Source: Raillietiella orientalis
Taxonomy: Eukaryota
Assembly: GCA_036172245.1 (NCBI GenBank)
Contig: JAYWIR010000069.1
Location: 1-64,000, forward strand
DNA: 64,000 bases
Reading direction: 5' to 3'
The position numbers were made by a program, and so were the translations under genes. The stretch's first letter is position 1; each line of letters opens with the position of its first letter. A model generated the notes under the pieces. That model was given only the letters and a program-made list of their open reading frames with translations. It was not told where the DNA came from and made no database searches. Positions 61,930 through 64,000 of this stretch are shown here, piece by piece.

Positions 61930-64000
61930 TTGGTAGCTATGCTGCCTGCGATGTTTATGCACTTTATACACTCAGCCTTCTTGAAAGAAACCCTTTTCGA
62001 CATTCTTCACTTCCACACTGCCTTCATCCCCCTGTCATCGGCATGACACACAAACCACGTCGAAATCAACAAGACTAACGTCAGCGTTCACAAATGGATG
62101 GAGCTCTCCCGTCGGGGAGGGGGCAAAAAAAAATGATCCAAGGGTACAAGGATACGCTCGAATTCAAATAATTTCCCTCCACCACGTGGCTGAAATAGTT
62201 ATCATCCTTGTAAATTGCACCTGTATGCGGTCATTACATGCAATCACAAAGCGAGGTGAATTGACTTATGCATCCACAAAGTAAACACTCAAGCTACTTT
62301 CACTTCGCGGAGGCTGCACGGGTTGCAGAAATCTTGGGAGCTTCACCGAGACGTTAATGGCATAAGCAATATAAAAAGGAAAGCAGGCAATAAACTGTCT
62401 TTTTTTTTTTTTTTTTTTTTTTCTATTACAGTGCGCTTCTACGGGGAAAACTACCCAGCCGAACCGTAGACTCCGGCTTGAAAGGACCCACGGCTACCAT
62501 CAAACATTCTTCACTTTTAAAAACTCGAATGTTGCACAGACCAAAGAGACGGCAGAACACTCTTAGTGTCGAAAACACACACACGCCAAGAAAAAAGAAA
62601 AACCTTTCCATTATAGTAGTAGTTGACAGGAATATACCCTGAATGCTTTTAGAAAAGGTGAATTAAGGACTTCGAGAAACAAACACTGATATTTAAGGAG
62701 AACGTACACTACATCAGAAAAAAAAAAAAAAAAACTAAGAGAGTAACCAGCATTGTGTGTTATGGGTAGGCTGTCCCCAGGACATTTATTTTCTCTAGCC
62801 CCTGGTATCAAATTGGAATTGGCACAGTATGAAAAACTTGGATTAATTTGGAAACGAACGGTCCTTACAAAGAACACGGTACATGGGACTGATTAACATG
62901 TTTTTTTTTTTTTTCACGAACATAATCTGTTAATCGCTAGAGGTAATAAAATTTCGGCCAATATCACAATTTTGTAGACTCTGGTTTTCATCTCATTACC
63001 CTTAAGTGCCAATATAGCATTCAATCACTGTTGGTTAAGTCATTCACTCCTTTTAAATATTTTTACGTCCTTTTTTGTGAAGGAATGAGGTAATGATAAA
63101 CACTAGATGTAAGTGCAAAGAACCTTTTCACTCAAGAAAACCTATGCCAAAGCATAGGATTGACTTTTCAACATTTTTCTCACTTTTGCCAACGGCTCGG
63201 TTCACTTTGCATTAGAATGCTGCTTCACATACCTTTTATACTATTTTTTTGGGTTCCCTTACCTTTCAAACATAGTTTCGAAGGATTTCTCAATGTATTC
63301 TTTGAATGCACTGATTCCATTCTTTGCAATTCTGATTTAATTTGCAGTTATTCTGTTTAGCTTCTTAGCACTGGTTATGTTTAACAATCGTGCAAGTCTC
63401 GAACACAGTGCAAGGATATAAAATAAAGCACTGAGGTACCGTAAGGAATCACTCGAGTTTACCGCAATCGAAATCTCATAATGCCAGATCGATGCAGTGA
63501 AATAATTTTGAGCCGACCCTTTCAGATAAGAAGTGATAAAACATTCTTCACTTGGTTATTACAAAAATGGAATTTTGATCGACGAATGTAATGCGAGATT
63601 TTCGCAGCTGCATCAAATGTGATCTCGATTTTCACCAAAGCGTAGGTTTCTGCACCACGCATTTGGTAGCCCTAACCCTCGTCTTTTCGACGGTATCCGC
63701 GAAAATGGTCGCACGCGTTCCATCTGGATATTAGTTTTCCCGACCCCAAAGAAAAAGCTTACTTGAGATTTTTCAGTGCACACGAGTCCGGTGGACTACG
63801 TCCGTGTTATGGATGTGTCCACGTGCACAGAATGCGATTTTTCGCTCCGCTTTTTTTTTTTTTTTTTTACATAACCAACGTTTATGACGCAGAAAACACT
63901 CGATTAGTGTTCTGCTGCTCTTGTGATGGAAAAGACGAATCTGCATACGATAATTTAGGGTGCAAGCTCACTGTTCTCTGGGAAAAAGTTTCCCCTCTTC

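Noticed and set aside
1..64000. Prokaryotic systems (CRISPR arrays, retrons, operons), rRNA or tRNA genes
   Set aside because: The sequence is intron-rich eukaryotic DNA, the RT is a non-LTR retrotransposon type, and no regularly spaced repeats or structured RNA genes were recognised.

Overview
Eukaryotic (animal) genomic DNA with many short GT-AG introns; the splice signals and gene content suggest an invertebrate, possibly a nematode (inference). I reconstructed five conserved genes exon by exon with consistent phases: RPP21 (+, 1830-3078), L-fucose kinase FCSK/FUK (-, 17 exons, 28545-36027), MRPL24 (+, 45185-51980), UPRT (-, 52653-54772) and DCP2 (-, 60227-61929). The main hidden feature is an intact 9-exon gene (-, 15679-18708) that appears only as fragments in the ORF track. 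It encodes a secreted pepsin-fold protein whose catalytic motifs are degenerate and which has no propeptide, so it is a candidate pseudo-protease. The GC-rich left part holds a dense cluster of nested fragments of one Tx1/L1-clade non-LTR retrotransposon family. These share a conserved 3' terminal motif and mostly abut other copies of the same family. A near-identical 2463-bp duplication (5133-7595 / 26741-29203) carries the last exon and polyA signal of FUK. An inverted partial UPRT pseudogene and two perfect hairpins are also present. I found no rRNA, tRNA or CRISPR features. All calls come from manual reading; no database searches were run.
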